Below, in pieces: positions 8,940-18,633 of a DNA stretch of 25,301 nucleotides (position 1 is its first letter; each line of letters starts with the position of its first letter). A model generated the notes under the pieces. It was not told where the DNA came from. It saw nothing but the letters and a program-made list of their open reading frames with translations, and searched no databases. The translations under genes and the position numbers were made by a program. The DNA is from a virus (taxonomy: Duplodnaviria > Caudoviricetes), in the IMG/VR virus record IMGVR_UViG_3300033067_000635, positions 1 through 25,301 of that record. One strand, 5' to 3'.

Positions 8940-10024
8940 AGGCTTTACTACTGCACAGTGAGAACTCCGGAGTAGGCTACTACCGTATATGGATGCAGGC
9001 CAAGTACCTCAAGAAGATAGGTTGGAACATTACTAGGCTACCCGACCAGATGCCTGTTTTGCCAAACGACGACGAAATAGGTGATAGGACCGAAGATAAA
9101 GAACTCAAGGATAACTATAGGAAACACGGCAGTTGGGAATCACTCTGTAAGGGTGCTGACATCCTCGTGTACCAGAGACCAGACGAACCGCAGACCCTAG
9201 CTATGGCTATGGCTATGCGGGATGTCTGTAATGCACCTGTGGTATTTGAGATAGATGACAACGTATTTGACGTAGCTGAAACCAACCCATCTTATAAATA
9301 CTGGTACCCTGGCTCACCCTACAGAGAACTGGCTGAGATGTTTATGCGGAATGTTGATGCTATAACTGTCACAACTCCGGCCTTGAAAGAGGTCTACAGT
9401 AAGTATAACGATAATGTAATAATCTTGCCTAATTGTCAAGACCCTGACGACTGGAAGGTTAGGAAGCCTACACCTGAAGATAAGCTGGTAGTGGGATGGG
9501 CCGGTTCGTCTACCCACTATGATGACTTAAAGGTTATCCGCCGACCTCTAAAGAAGTTCTTACGCAACTACCCTAATGCAGTATTCAGGGTTCTGGGAAC
9601 CTTACCAGACTTTCTAAAGGATATTCCTGGTGTAGAGTTCAGAACTGACTGGGTTCATGTCTCTAAGTGGCAGGAGAAACTAGCCGAACTAAACTTTGAT
9701 ATTGGTGTGGTACCAGTAGTACAGCGTCCTTTTAACGAGGGCAAGTCGAACATCAAGTGGCAAGAATACTCGATGCTTGAAGTACCAACTATTGCAAGTA
9801 AGGTTGGGGAATATAAAGAGATAGAGCCAGGCGTAACAGGCTTTCTCGCAAGTAGTGAGGCAGAGTGGTATCACCACCTCAGCAAGCTTGCGGATGACGC
9901 TCAGTTGCGGAAGACGGTAGGTAGGCAAGCCAAACAATACACCCTAGAACACCACAACATAGATAAGAGGATCAAAGACTGGGATGCAGCCTATAGAACA
10001 ATCATCGACAAGTTTCACGCTTAG
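8936..10024 (+). CDS. Glycosyltransferase, GT-B fold (GT4-like)
   Basis: SGVGYYRI, FEIDDNVF, DAITVTT, GWAGSSTHYDDL, FNEGKSNIKWQEY, PTIAS and GVTGFL. Confidence 0.9.
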   Translation: MKALLLHSENSGVGYYRIWMQAKYLKKIGWNITRLPDQMPVLPNDDEIGDRTEDKELKDNYRKHGSWESLCKGADILVYQRPDEPQTLAMAMAMRDVCNAPVVFEIDDNVFDVAETNPSYKYWYPGSPYRELAEMFMRNVDAITVTTPALKEVYSKYNDNVIILPNCQDPDDWKVRKPTPEDKLVVGWAGSSTHYDDLKVIRRPLKKFLRNYPNAVFRVLGTLPDFLKDIPGVEFRTDWVHVSKWQEKLAELNFDIGVVPVVQRPFNEGKSNIKWQEYSMLEVPTIASKVGEYKEIEPGVTGFLASSEAEWYHHLSKLADDAQLRKTVGRQAKQYTLEHHNIDKRIKDWDAAYRTIIDKFHA

Positions 10025-10427
10025 ACCGCTAGTTACCCAAACCCCAGCTGCGGAGCTTAAGGTAACAGGCGAAGCCCAACCAGTAGCAGTTGGTGATAAG
10101 CCTGAAGCCGATATTACATTGTACGAGGCTAAGTGGGGTCGAACATTCCTATCTGACCTATATGACGCTTCAGGTCTAGGGGACTTTGCTAAGCAAGAGT
10201 TGGCAGAAGTAGACAGCTACATCCTGTCAGAGATAAAAGACCGCGACCTTACTCATACTAAAGAGTCTTACAAATCAATACTAGCAGAGCTAGAAGGTAA
10301 GTTAGACCTTAACCCTAATCTAAAGTTTGATGTGAAGCTTCAGAAGCTGCGCTCCTATGTAGAGATAATCCAGAGGCAAAAGAACCTCGACCTTAGAAGA
10401 AAGCTATTAGAACATGGCCAACAATAA
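9984..10427 (+). CDS. Hypothetical helical protein (147 aa)
   Basis: Bridges the GT-B gene and the next ORF with short overlaps; start uncertain. Confidence 0.7.
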   Translation: MQPIEQSSTSFTLRPLVTQTPAAELKVTGEAQPVAVGDKPEADITLYEAKWGRTFLSDLYDASGLGDFAKQELAEVDSYILSEIKDRDLTHTKESYKSILAELEGKLDLNPNLKFDVKLQKLRSYVEIIQRQKNLDLRRKLLEHGQQ

Positions 10428-10824
10428 TGGCAACATAGTCAAACGAACTTCCCAGTACATAGATAACCTGGGCTTCAACGAAGATACCCTTCTCAAGATG
10501 GTTGAGATTGGCGGCACAGATGGTGCTACAACAAACCGCTTAAAGGTCAATAGTGATGGCTCTATTAACGTCACCGGTGGGACAAGTAGTAGCGGGCTTA
10601 AGGCTACAGCAGCATACAGTATTCAAGCCATCTCGGATGATGGGACTTATAAATACTTCTTCTTCGAGGATGCCTCGCTGAATTATTACATCATGCGTAA
10701 ACACAAAACCACCAATGTATTTACCTATACCAAGGGGACAGGTGGTTACTCACTAGTATATGTCTCAAGTTCAGCGGGGCCTAGCGGCTCACCTGTCTGG
10801 GACACATACGGGGCAACATTCTAA
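10414..10824 (+). CDS. Putative virion decoration/fibre-attachment protein (136 aa)
   Basis: LKVNSDGSINV-type fibre segment plus an aromatic-rich beta C-terminus; lies in the structural cluster. Function is inference. Confidence 0.55.
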   Translation: MANNNGNIVKRTSQYIDNLGFNEDTLLKMVEIGGTDGATTNRLKVNSDGSINVTGGTSSSGLKATAAYSIQAISDDGTYKYFFFEDASLNYYIMRKHKTTNVFTYTKGTGGYSLVYVSSSAGPSGSPVWDTYGATF

Positions 10825-10835
10825 GAAAGGAATAT

Positions 10836-11051
10836 ATGAAAGCACTAATCACAGCAAAATCAGAGTTAAGTCTAAACCTTACCAAGTTCTATACCTTCGA
10901 TGTAGTAAGTGATGGGGAAGTAATCCTTAGTAGCCAATCAGTCGAGTGCCGACCTAGTGAGCTACAAGACGTTATCAAGAACAAGCTTGACGACTTTACG
11001 GTAGAATACGAAAAAGACCTGGACATTGAAGTAGGCCAAGAGGTTAGCTAG
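10836..11051 (+). CDS. Hypothetical protein (71 aa)
   Basis: SD AAAGGA; stop overlaps the start of the 800-aa gene. Confidence 0.75.
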   Translation: MKALITAKSELSLNLTKFYTFDVVSDGEVILSSQSVECRPSELQDVIKNKLDDFTVEYEKDLDIEVGQEVS

Positions 11052-13453
11052 TGGCCCTTCTGACGTACAACGGAAGTAATTTCGACACTATGTTGGGTAG
11101 TGCGACTATTACTGCTACAACCGTTGCCGTCACAACCGCTGGTATTACGAGTGCTGGTTCAACTGCCCCTAACCTGGTTAACGCCGTGACTGGCTGCTGG
11201 ATATGGGTAGCTGCTGCTCCAACATCGGGTAACTTCACAGTAGAGCTTATGGAATCTGGGGTATCCAAGGCTCTCGCCACGATTAACTTTGCCAATATTG
11301 TGCTAGGTGCAAACTACGTCCGGTTCGCCACACCTTATACTTTTGCAACCTTAACTGCCTCAGCTTATACAATCAGGGTTAAGAACTCGGCTGTAAACTC
11401 CGGCACGTTAAGAATCGCCGCTTCTGGCCTGTGGTACCAGATGACCTATAACTTAACTGTGGCTACTCCGGCCGCTGCTACAGATGATGTTTGGGTAGGG
11501 GGCTTTAATGACGCTGGCCTCACAACCAAGACCCTCACCATATCAGGAACGTCTAATGCCTGGGGTACTGGTGCTGCCACAAACATCGGTTCTACTACAC
11601 AAACAATGGGTGCAGCCGTTACCTGTGGGAGCGGTGGTACTCTTAAGTTTGATACCTCAGCTTCTACAACACTCTCCATTAAGGGTAGTGTCTTTACCAC
11701 CGTTGGTGGGGTGTTTGATATGCGAGCTTCAGCCACAAAGTCCATTATAAACACACTCATAATTGATGGTGCCGTCACAGGCGACCAGGGGATATTCTCA
11801 GGCCAATCGACTGTGGGTGGGCAGTTCCTTACTACCGGAGCTACTTACGACATTTACTCGACTTATGTTTCAGGACTAGGAACCGCCGCCAGTCCGATGA
11901 TAACGGGTATAGCCTGGGACGCTGACGTTGGCGATGAGATTGTAATTGGTGGTGGGACGGGTTATGACAAGAACGAAGTCCGCTATATCAAGACTCGCAA
12001 CTCCTCAACCTCATTTGTGTTAAGTGCTACTCCTGGTGGTGTAGAATCTGCCTTAGCTAATACTCACGCTGTCGGTTCACACATGAGCAACCTGACACGT
12101 AACTCAATCATCAAACCCCTTAACACCGCTAGGGGATGGTTCGCTAACAACAACACCTCTACTGCCATTAGTTCGTTTGACTATACCCGCATGGAATATA
12201 CCGAATGTGCTTCTGGTAAGGGTATACAGCTAAACCCCCAGAACGCCTCAACCTTTGACGGCGTAGTCTTTTATAACAACATATCTGGTGGTCGAAGTAC
12301 TATTACGCTACCTTCTAACACTACTGCTCAAACTCACAACGGTATAATCCTCTATAACACTCAGGGTACCAACTTCTCAGCTCAGTCTGGTATAGCCTTA
12401 TCATCTTCAATTAACAAGACCCTCACTAACTGCTTCCACTATAACGCTCCAAGTGGTGTAGTGAGTTGTGGATTCATATCTCTTGGTGTATCTTCTACTG
12501 CAAATACATTTACGAACTGCCACTCATACGGCGGTAATGCAGTAAACTCATCGGCTGGGTATGTAATTGGATTGTTCGCCTCATCTGGTAATACCTTCAA
12601 TAACTGCACAGTCAATGGTGCCAGACAGAACGCTACCTACCTTGCCGCGGGAGACAGCAATATTTTCAACAACTGTACCTTTGGAGATAAGGCGAGCAAT
12701 ACGAATGATGTGACAGCCCTTACTTCAACGCTTAACAAAGCACTATTTAATGCTTGTACGTTCGGTTCAACCACACTATTTACGAACTACCTTAACCAAC
12801 TTGAGGGTAGCGAAGTTACCTTTCAGGACATGGACGGCAACACTACAAAACACCGCTGGTATAACAACCACGGTGCTGGCTGGTCGGCTGGTGCAGGACT
12901 TACTGATACAACTGTCAGAACAGCCAGCTCACTCTCTCTCGTTGTCAAACCAGAAGATAACTCTGCCGGTTTCTACTGGGAAACAACTGTACCACAGAAC
13001 CCCACCTCACAGGTTGGTATCTTTGGGTATGTTTACCGCAATGCAACCTTTTCAAGTGGTACCTGTAAGGTAGAACTGTTCCTGGATGGTTCAACTGTCG
13101 CCGATGCTACCTATACCTTCCCGACAACTACAGGCTCTTGGCTGCCATTCAACATCTCGGCATACAACGTGGCGACAACTACTCGATTAGCTAGGGTGAG
13201 GTTTACAGGTATAACTGCAACCGCTGGGGCATACTTCTTTGTGGACGACCTCTATGACGCAGGAACAAGTAATAAGGTGGCCGGACTCGACCTTTGGTAT
13301 AAGGGTAAGCCAGCACCAATCGTAGTGGCTTCTGACTACTCGGCTATCCCTGCTCAGGTATGGGGCTACTCTGACGGCACAACCTCTGCAAACACTATGG
13401 GCAAACGTCAGGTTGATGCGGCAGATAACGCTGAACTCGCGGCAGTAAGCTAA
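11051..13453 (+). CDS. 800-aa Thr/Ser/Asn/Gly-rich spike/fibre protein with right-handed beta-helix
   Basis: Repeats such as NKTLTNC, NTFTNCHS, NTFNNCTV, NIFNNCTF and ALFNACTF form the Asn/Cys ladders of parallel beta-helices. A beta-sandwich-like region follows near the C-terminus. Confidence 0.75.
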   Translation: MALLTYNGSNFDTMLGSATITATTVAVTTAGITSAGSTAPNLVNAVTGCWIWVAAAPTSGNFTVELMESGVSKALATINFANIVLGANYVRFATPYTFATLTASAYTIRVKNSAVNSGTLRIAASGLWYQMTYNLTVATPAAATDDVWVGGFNDAGLTTKTLTISGTSNAWGTGAATNIGSTTQTMGAAVTCGSGGTLKFDTSASTTLSIKGSVFTTVGGVFDMRASATKSIINTLIIDGAVTGDQGIFSGQSTVGGQFLTTGATYDIYSTYVSGLGTAASPMITGIAWDADVGDEIVIGGGTGYDKNEVRYIKTRNSSTSFVLSATPGGVESALANTHAVGSHMSNLTRNSIIKPLNTARGWFANNNTSTAISSFDYTRMEYTECASGKGIQLNPQNASTFDGVVFYNNISGGRSTITLPSNTTAQTHNGIILYNTQGTNFSAQSGIALSSSINKTLTNCFHYNAPSGVVSCGFISLGVSSTANTFTNCHSYGGNAVNSSAGYVIGLFASSGNTFNNCTVNGARQNATYLAAGDSNIFNNCTFGDKASNTNDVTALTSTLNKALFNACTFGSTTLFTNYLNQLEGSEVTFQDMDGNTTKHRWYNNHGAGWSAGAGLTDTTVRTASSLSLVVKPEDNSAGFYWETTVPQNPTSQVGIFGYVYRNATFSSGTCKVELFLDGSTVADATYTFPTTTGSWLPFNISAYNVATTTRLARVRFTGITATAGAYFFVDDLYDAGTSNKVAGLDLWYKGKPAPIVVASDYSAIPAQVWGYSDGTTSANTMGKRQVDAADNAELAAVS

Positions 13454-13487
13454 CAAGATACTCCTAACATAGACATACTCAGGGTAT
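13450..13487 (+). promoter_or_regulatory. Putative phage late promoter, copy 3 (CTAACA-18-CATACT-cagggtat-ATG), leaderless
   Basis: Motif match; ATG 13488 lies 8 nt after the -10-like hexamer; no SD. Confidence 0.7.
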
Positions 13488-14066
13488 ATGGCAACCGTTA
13501 CTCCGACTGCAATTATGGCCCGCTTCAACACGCGGATGAGAGATACCCAAGATAGAACCTTTACTTCTAGCGAGAAGGATGAGTTTTATGCTGCGGCACT
13601 CGATGACCCATACTGCACAAAACTAGCACGAGATACCTCACTGACTATTGTGGCTAACCAAGCTACCTACACTGTACCGGCTGGTTTTGTGGGGAACTTA
13701 ACCGATGTGGGCTATGACGTAAACAGTTATGGATATACCCACTACCTAGATAGGCAATCATTTGAGGTTGTAGATGGTATCCTGATATTCCACTACAGCT
13801 ACCAAAGCCTTCCGGCGGGTAAGACACTTCATATTATTGGGCAGAAGAAGCTAGATGTGGCGGATAATGTCCCTGAATACTTAGTACCATACATTCTAGA
13901 GCTTATGTCAATAGAAGCCTTTGAGACTCTTAAGAGTGGCCTTACTACAAGGTTCCTCAAAAACGACATCACTATGTCGGAGATTGTTACAAGCATATCT
14001 ACCCACGAACGCAAGGCAGCTTCATACCGTTCAAACTTAGCAAACAAACGATCAGTACAGGGGTAA
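13488..14066 (+). CDS. Putative head-tail adaptor/neck protein
   Basis: 192 aa with helix / beta insert (QATYTVPAGF) / helix (VPEYLVPYI) layout typical of phage adaptor proteins; first gene of the tail block. Confidence 0.55.
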   Translation: MATVTPTAIMARFNTRMRDTQDRTFTSSEKDEFYAAALDDPYCTKLARDTSLTIVANQATYTVPAGFVGNLTDVGYDVNSYGYTHYLDRQSFEVVDGILIFHYSYQSLPAGKTLHIIGQKKLDVADNVPEYLVPYILELMSIEAFETLKSGLTTRFLKNDITMSEIVTSISTHERKAASYRSNLANKRSVQG

Positions 14067-14069
14067 ACT

Positions 14070-15023
14070 ATGGCTATATACGATAGCTCCACCCTCGGAA
14101 CGCCGAATAACTATATCACGTTCAACGACGAATCGGGCACAACTTACTACAGGATGAAGACTAGGACACCAAACAGGAGGGAGATTGCCGAGTTTGACCT
14201 TAAATTGCCCGAAGGTACAGGGGACAGTGATTTTGAATCTTTTATAGGTAAGACCTACCTTATCATCGAAGGGGTAATGTACCCAGACGATGAAACTGAC
14301 TTCCACAACGCTAGGGAGAACCTACGCAAGCTCGCATCCCTAGAGGTCCAGCAGTCTGACTCCCAGAGTGATGGGGGATACGTTCCGTACAAGTGGGCGG
14401 AAAACGTAGGTAAACAACTGTTTCTGAAGGTTATGTATATAGACATGGCCGAGAGTACCCGCCAAGGACTCAAACAACCCTTTAGGTTGATCTGCAAAAT
14501 TAAATACCCTCATATCCTGGCTCAGACTGCTAAAACGGTCCAGCTAGGTATCACCACAGTCAATCAGTTGGGTGGGGCAACTATCCCCGCCATAATACCG
14601 ATGTCTATACCATCAACCACTTCTGGTGGGTCTAGTATATTCCCGTTATCTTTTAGCACCGTCTTTGGCGGGACACGCTCCAGTGGTAACACCACTGCTA
14701 CGAATGACGGGGATGTAGACACCTTCCCGACAATCCAGATATACGGTCCGGTCAGTAGACCGAAGATAGTCAACCGTCGAACAGGTGAGTACATCGAGCT
14801 AGATATTAACCTACCAACCACCTCTGACGCTGCCATTATTACTTACGACCAGGACAGCCTGAGTGTGACAGCCCAGAACGTAAACGCTTATGGCAAACTG
14901 ACATCAGGTTCAACCCTTTTCAAGCTGAAACCAGGGGACAACCAGCTTACCTTTACAGGGGCAAGTCTAGGGGTGGGGTCTTACTGCAATGTGTCATTCT
15001 TTGACGCTTGGCCCCTTTCCTGA
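14070..15023 (+). CDS. Distal tail protein (Dit)-like, siphovirus-type tail component
   Basis: C-terminal NDGDVDTFPTIQIYGPVSRPKIVN ... LFKLKPGDNQLTF ... FFDAW is characteristic of Dit proteins. Confidence 0.75.
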   Translation: MAIYDSSTLGTPNNYITFNDESGTTYYRMKTRTPNRREIAEFDLKLPEGTGDSDFESFIGKTYLIIEGVMYPDDETDFHNARENLRKLASLEVQQSDSQSDGGYVPYKWAENVGKQLFLKVMYIDMAESTRQGLKQPFRLICKIKYPHILAQTAKTVQLGITTVNQLGGATIPAIIPMSIPSTTSGGSSIFPLSFSTVFGGTRSSGNTTATNDGDVDTFPTIQIYGPVSRPKIVNRRTGEYIELDINLPTTSDAAIITYDQDSLSVTAQNVNAYGKLTSGSTLFKLKPGDNQLTFTGASLGVGSYCNVSFFDAWPLS

Positions 15024-15026
15024 TAG

Positions 15027-15063
15027 CTAACAATCTAACCACTTAAGGACAACACTAAAGTAT
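15027..15063 (+). promoter_or_regulatory. Putative phage late promoter, copy 4 (CTAACA-18-AACACT-aaagtat-ATG), leaderless
   Basis: Motif match; ATG 15064 lies 7 nt after the hexamer. Confidence 0.65.
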
Positions 15064-16056
15064 ATGGCAAACAAGATCTGCAGCGTCGTTACAGGCGGCT
15101 CAAACTCCCACCAAACTACATCAGCCGAAATTAACGGCATTGCAACTGACTTCATCTCTCAAGGTGTAGTAGGGGCGGTTTCTAATACTTCAGGTGTTGC
15201 CCCGGCTACTGGAGCCTTTGCAGTCAATGCTATCGGCACACCAAACATGTCTGTACGTGTCACAAACGGCGTTGCGTACGTTACAGCCACCCCAACAGGA
15301 GGGACATCTCAGACCTTTAGGGTAACTATGGACGCTACAGAGGATGTAACCATAGCAGCCAACGCTACTGGCGGCACTCGATACGACTGGATTTATATTA
15401 AGCTCGATGCTGATAAGCTGGTCAACCCAGCAGTCGATGCGAGTGATGTTGCAACTCTTACGACTTCACGAAGTACATCTGCCTCGACTGACAACGGGAC
15501 ACCTCCTACTTATGGGTATGCTATAGCAGTTGTGACAGTCGCTAACGGTGCAAGCTCTATTACGAATGCGAACATCACAGACAGTAGGACTAGGACCGGG
15601 GCAAAAACACTAGATACTAGCACGGCAAGCAACAACCTTGTCACTGCACCTATGCTATCGACTTCAGCTATTAAGCTAGGGTATGCTCAAATAACAGCAG
15701 ATATAACTACTTCAGCGACATCTGCCACCCTCGCTACAGGGCTAAGCACTACAGTTACTATCCCTGCTGGCGGAAGGTCTGTGAAGGTTACTGGCTACCT
15801 ACCAACAGCCTATAACAACGGAGCCAACCAAGTAAGAGTTACCCTGTGGGATGGCACTGTTGGATCGGGTACACAGATCGGTGCAGCCTTCAACGGTAAC
15901 GCAGCTGGGCAGGCTGTTCCGTTTACTATTATGGCTATAGTAACCCCTTCGGCTGGTAGCAAGACCTATAGTGTCGGGTACCACGGCTCAGGCGGGAACA
16001 CTACAATCCAGTGTGCTTCAACAGGTCCAGCATTTATATTAGTGGAGATGATCTAA
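15064..16056 (+). CDS. Baseplate-anchored tail fibre/receptor-binding protein A
   Basis: N-terminal ~175-aa anchor domain (PNMSVRV..G.AY, TIAAN...RYD.IY, IAVVTVANGA..I.NANITDSR) and a C-terminal beta-sandwich. Confidence 0.75.
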   Translation: MANKICSVVTGGSNSHQTTSAEINGIATDFISQGVVGAVSNTSGVAPATGAFAVNAIGTPNMSVRVTNGVAYVTATPTGGTSQTFRVTMDATEDVTIAANATGGTRYDWIYIKLDADKLVNPAVDASDVATLTTSRSTSASTDNGTPPTYGYAIAVVTVANGASSITNANITDSRTRTGAKTLDTSTASNNLVTAPMLSTSAIKLGYAQITADITTSATSATLATGLSTTVTIPAGGRSVKVTGYLPTAYNNGANQVRVTLWDGTVGSGTQIGAAFNGNAAGQAVPFTIMAIVTPSAGSKTYSVGYHGSGGNTTIQCASTGPAFILVEMI

Positions 16057-17261
16057 TGGCCGTTAAAACCGCAGCAATAATCCAATCAGGAACTTCTAAC
16101 TATCTTACACCGGCAGAGAGCTTTAACGTTGTAGCAACAGACACGCTCACCCCAGGTATCGTAGGGTCTTATACCTCAACCTCTGGCGTAGCACCTACTA
16201 CAGGCTCGTTCGCTGTAAACGCCCAAGGCTCACCAAATATGACCGTAGCGGTTAGTGCTGGACAGGCCTATGTGAACGCCACCCCTACAAGCGGTACGGC
16301 CCAGAACATCCGGGTTAAACTTGCCTCTAGCGAGAACGTCACTATCGCTGCTAACTCTACAGGTGGAACACGTTACGACTTCGTGTACATCAAGGTAGAT
16401 GCTGATAAGCTTAACAACCCAGCTGCTGACGGTACCGACGTAGTAACCCTAACTACTCAACGTTCTACAACTTCTACAGTTGACTCAAACGGTGCCCTAG
16501 CCAACGCACTCTGTATTGCTATCGTAACCGTAACCAATGGCGCAGTTGCTATTAACAACGCAGATATATCAGATTACAGAATTGCCTGTAGCTCAACATT
16601 CGATGGATGGTCTAGTGCAAACGAGTCCCATGTATATGCTAGTGCAACGACCGTCACTGTTCCAAGTGGCGCACTGTCTAAATACTCGCCGGGTGACAAA
16701 TACCGTATCTATCAGAATAATACTGTAAAGTATTTCTATATTATTGGCGTCACAAACACGCTCCTGACTATCACTGGCGGATCAGACTATACTCTTACAA
16801 ACTCTACAATCAGTAACCCTTTCTACAGTAAGCGAGCTACGCCTCTAGGGTTCCCGCAGTACTTTAATTATAGCCCTACCTGGTACAACCTAACCGTCGG
16901 ATCAGGTACGGTCATCGCCAAATTCAACTTGACTGGTGGAATGGTTCATTACTGGGGGTCATTTGTTTACGGGGCAGGGAGCGCCGTAGGGACATCTGCA
17001 TCTGTCAGCCTACCGATCCTACTAAACGCATCTGCATGGTATCCGAGTGAGAACTTCGAGTACGGTCACGCCCACTTCCAGGATACAGGGTCAGCTGCTT
17101 TTACTGGCACGTGTAGATTCGATGCTAATGATAGGCTAGTCTTCGCGGCATTGGCCTCTGGTGGCACCTACGCCTCACACGGTACCACAGCCTCAACCAT
17201 ACCGTTCACCTGGGGTACCAGCGACAAGATACAATGGAACACAGTCTACCCGGCTGTTTAA
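16056..17261 (+). CDS. Baseplate-anchored tail fibre/receptor-binding protein B (paralogue of A)
   Basis: Start moved from 16011 to ATG 16056 (TAATG overlap, GGAG upstream, aligns with the paralogue's start). Same anchor domain, different C-terminus. Confidence 0.78.
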   Translation: MAVKTAAIIQSGTSNYLTPAESFNVVATDTLTPGIVGSYTSTSGVAPTTGSFAVNAQGSPNMTVAVSAGQAYVNATPTSGTAQNIRVKLASSENVTIAANSTGGTRYDFVYIKVDADKLNNPAADGTDVVTLTTQRSTTSTVDSNGALANALCIAIVTVTNGAVAINNADISDYRIACSSTFDGWSSANESHVYASATTVTVPSGALSKYSPGDKYRIYQNNTVKYFYIIGVTNTLLTITGGSDYTLTNSTISNPFYSKRATPLGFPQYFNYSPTWYNLTVGSGTVIAKFNLTGGMVHYWGSFVYGAGSAVGTSASVSLPILLNASAWYPSENFEYGHAHFQDTGSAAFTGTCRFDANDRLVFAALASGGTYASHGTTASTIPFTWGTSDKIQWNTVYPAV

Positions 17262-17271
17262 GGAGACCACT

Positions 17272-18429
17272 ATGGCTCCTCAATACAAAATAGAAATCCT
17301 CGACCGGGACAGGAATAAAATAACGGCGGTCAAAAACTTCGCCCCGCTGGACACTGCTAATAAATGGTTGGAATACTCCAGCAAACTATCTAACTGGGGT
17401 ATCTGTAGGTTTAGGGTTGGAACCAAAGACCCTATGTTGGCTCAGCATGGCGACATCCTCCAGCCGTTCTTCAACCACGTTCGGGTGTACCGGGCTGGGG
17501 TGCTGGTATGGTCTGGTATTATTGTCCGTTGCCCAAACCGCAATAAGAACTACATAGAGGTTGAGGCCCGCAGCTACCTCTACATGCTTACAACCGTTCT
17601 AGTTAAGCACGACGCCTCAGTTACAACTGGGGATGGTAAGGACAATTACCGGACATTCGATACTGGGACCATGGCCACGGCTGTCCAAAACGTACTGACA
17701 GAAACTAAGAACTTTGTGGACTCTGGAAACATCTTAAAGGGTATGACCATAGGGACAATAGAGAACCCTAACTTTCCAGCAGGGTATGTAACCGCGGCCA
17801 ACGCGCCCCTTACAGGAACGTGGACATTCAGCTCGGACATGACTATACAGTTTGACTACCGGGATGTACTGTACTGCCTGCAAATGCTAGCTAACTACCC
17901 AGCCTGTGACTTTGAGCTGACCCAAGACCTAGTGTTCAACTTCAAGCAGTTTATGGGGTCTAAGCAACCTAGCATGATGTTCGAGTATGGTAACTACGGC
18001 TCCATAGAGGACTACAACGTCATCTTAGATGGGGCCAACATGGCCAATGACATTACTGGAGTGGCGGCCGATTATGGCAACCAGATCCTCCACGCTAGCA
18101 AGACAGATGACGCGAGTATTGCCAAGTACGGCCGAATCCAGGGTGTTGCTGCCTACATAGATGTCAAGAATAAGAACGCCCTGACCTCCAGACTACAGGA
18201 GGAACTAAGGAACACCAGCACTCCAGACGGGGAAGTCCATGTAACCCTAAATGAACGTGCCTACCCACTAGGGCAGTACGGTTTGGGCGATACAATCACA
18301 CTTCGCATAAAAGACCACATAATAGAGTTAGACAGCGTGAGAAGGATTGTAGCCATAGATGTTAAGGTTCACACAACAGGTAAAGAATCTATTCGCTTGG
18401 TTACTAACCCACCTAAGGAGGGGATATAA
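17272..18429 (+). CDS. Baseplate hub / Tal-like tail protein (Gp37-like)
   Basis: Start moved from 17161 to ATG 17272 (SD AAGGAG). RVYRAGVLVWSG, SIAKYGRIQ, YGLGDTIT and RRIVAIDV match hub/Tal-type proteins. Confidence 0.75.
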   Translation: MAPQYKIEILDRDRNKITAVKNFAPLDTANKWLEYSSKLSNWGICRFRVGTKDPMLAQHGDILQPFFNHVRVYRAGVLVWSGIIVRCPNRNKNYIEVEARSYLYMLTTVLVKHDASVTTGDGKDNYRTFDTGTMATAVQNVLTETKNFVDSGNILKGMTIGTIENPNFPAGYVTAANAPLTGTWTFSSDMTIQFDYRDVLYCLQMLANYPACDFELTQDLVFNFKQFMGSKQPSMMFEYGNYGSIEDYNVILDGANMANDITGVAADYGNQILHASKTDDASIAKYGRIQGVAAYIDVKNKNALTSRLQEELRNTSTPDGEVHVTLNERAYPLGQYGLGDTITLRIKDHIIELDSVRRIVAIDVKVHTTGKESIRLVTNPPKEGI

Positions 18430-18617
18430 TGGCAATTCACACTATAGACACTAAGACTGAAAGCCCGGACGTACTAAATATAGTCCGTGAGGGGCTTGGA
18501 ACTGTAAGCGCTGCACCTGTAATAGAAGGCCAGTCGGTTGGTAAGATTGTAATTAAGAACAACCAGATCATCGTGAATGATGGGACCAATGATAGGGTTC
18601 TTATAGGACTGTTCTAA
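18429..18617 (+). CDS. Small tail-tip protein (62 aa)
   Basis: GKIVIKNNQIIVNDGTNDRVLIG resembles the C-terminal beta-prism end of central tail fibres; TAATG coupling to the hub gene. Confidence 0.6.
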   Translation: MAIHTIDTKTESPDVLNIVREGLGTVSAAPVIEGQSVGKIVIKNNQIIVNDGTNDRVLIGLF

Positions 18618-18633
18618 TGACTGGTGGTAAACC

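Noticed and set aside
5356-10024. Host O-antigen/capsule locus marking a prophage boundary
   Set aside because: Flanked on both sides by coupled phage structural genes, preceded by the phage late motif, and lacking flippase, polymerase and RmlA/C/D.
15064-17261. Diversity-generating retroelement or invertible tail-fibre cassette
   Set aside because: The similarity is in N-terminal anchors and is diverged at the DNA level. No adenine-specific TR/VR pair, reverse transcriptase or invertase seen.
16011-17271. Upstream starts 16011 and 17161 given by the ORF track
   Set aside because: They overlap the preceding genes at length; ATG 16056 and ATG 17272 have translational coupling or an SD.
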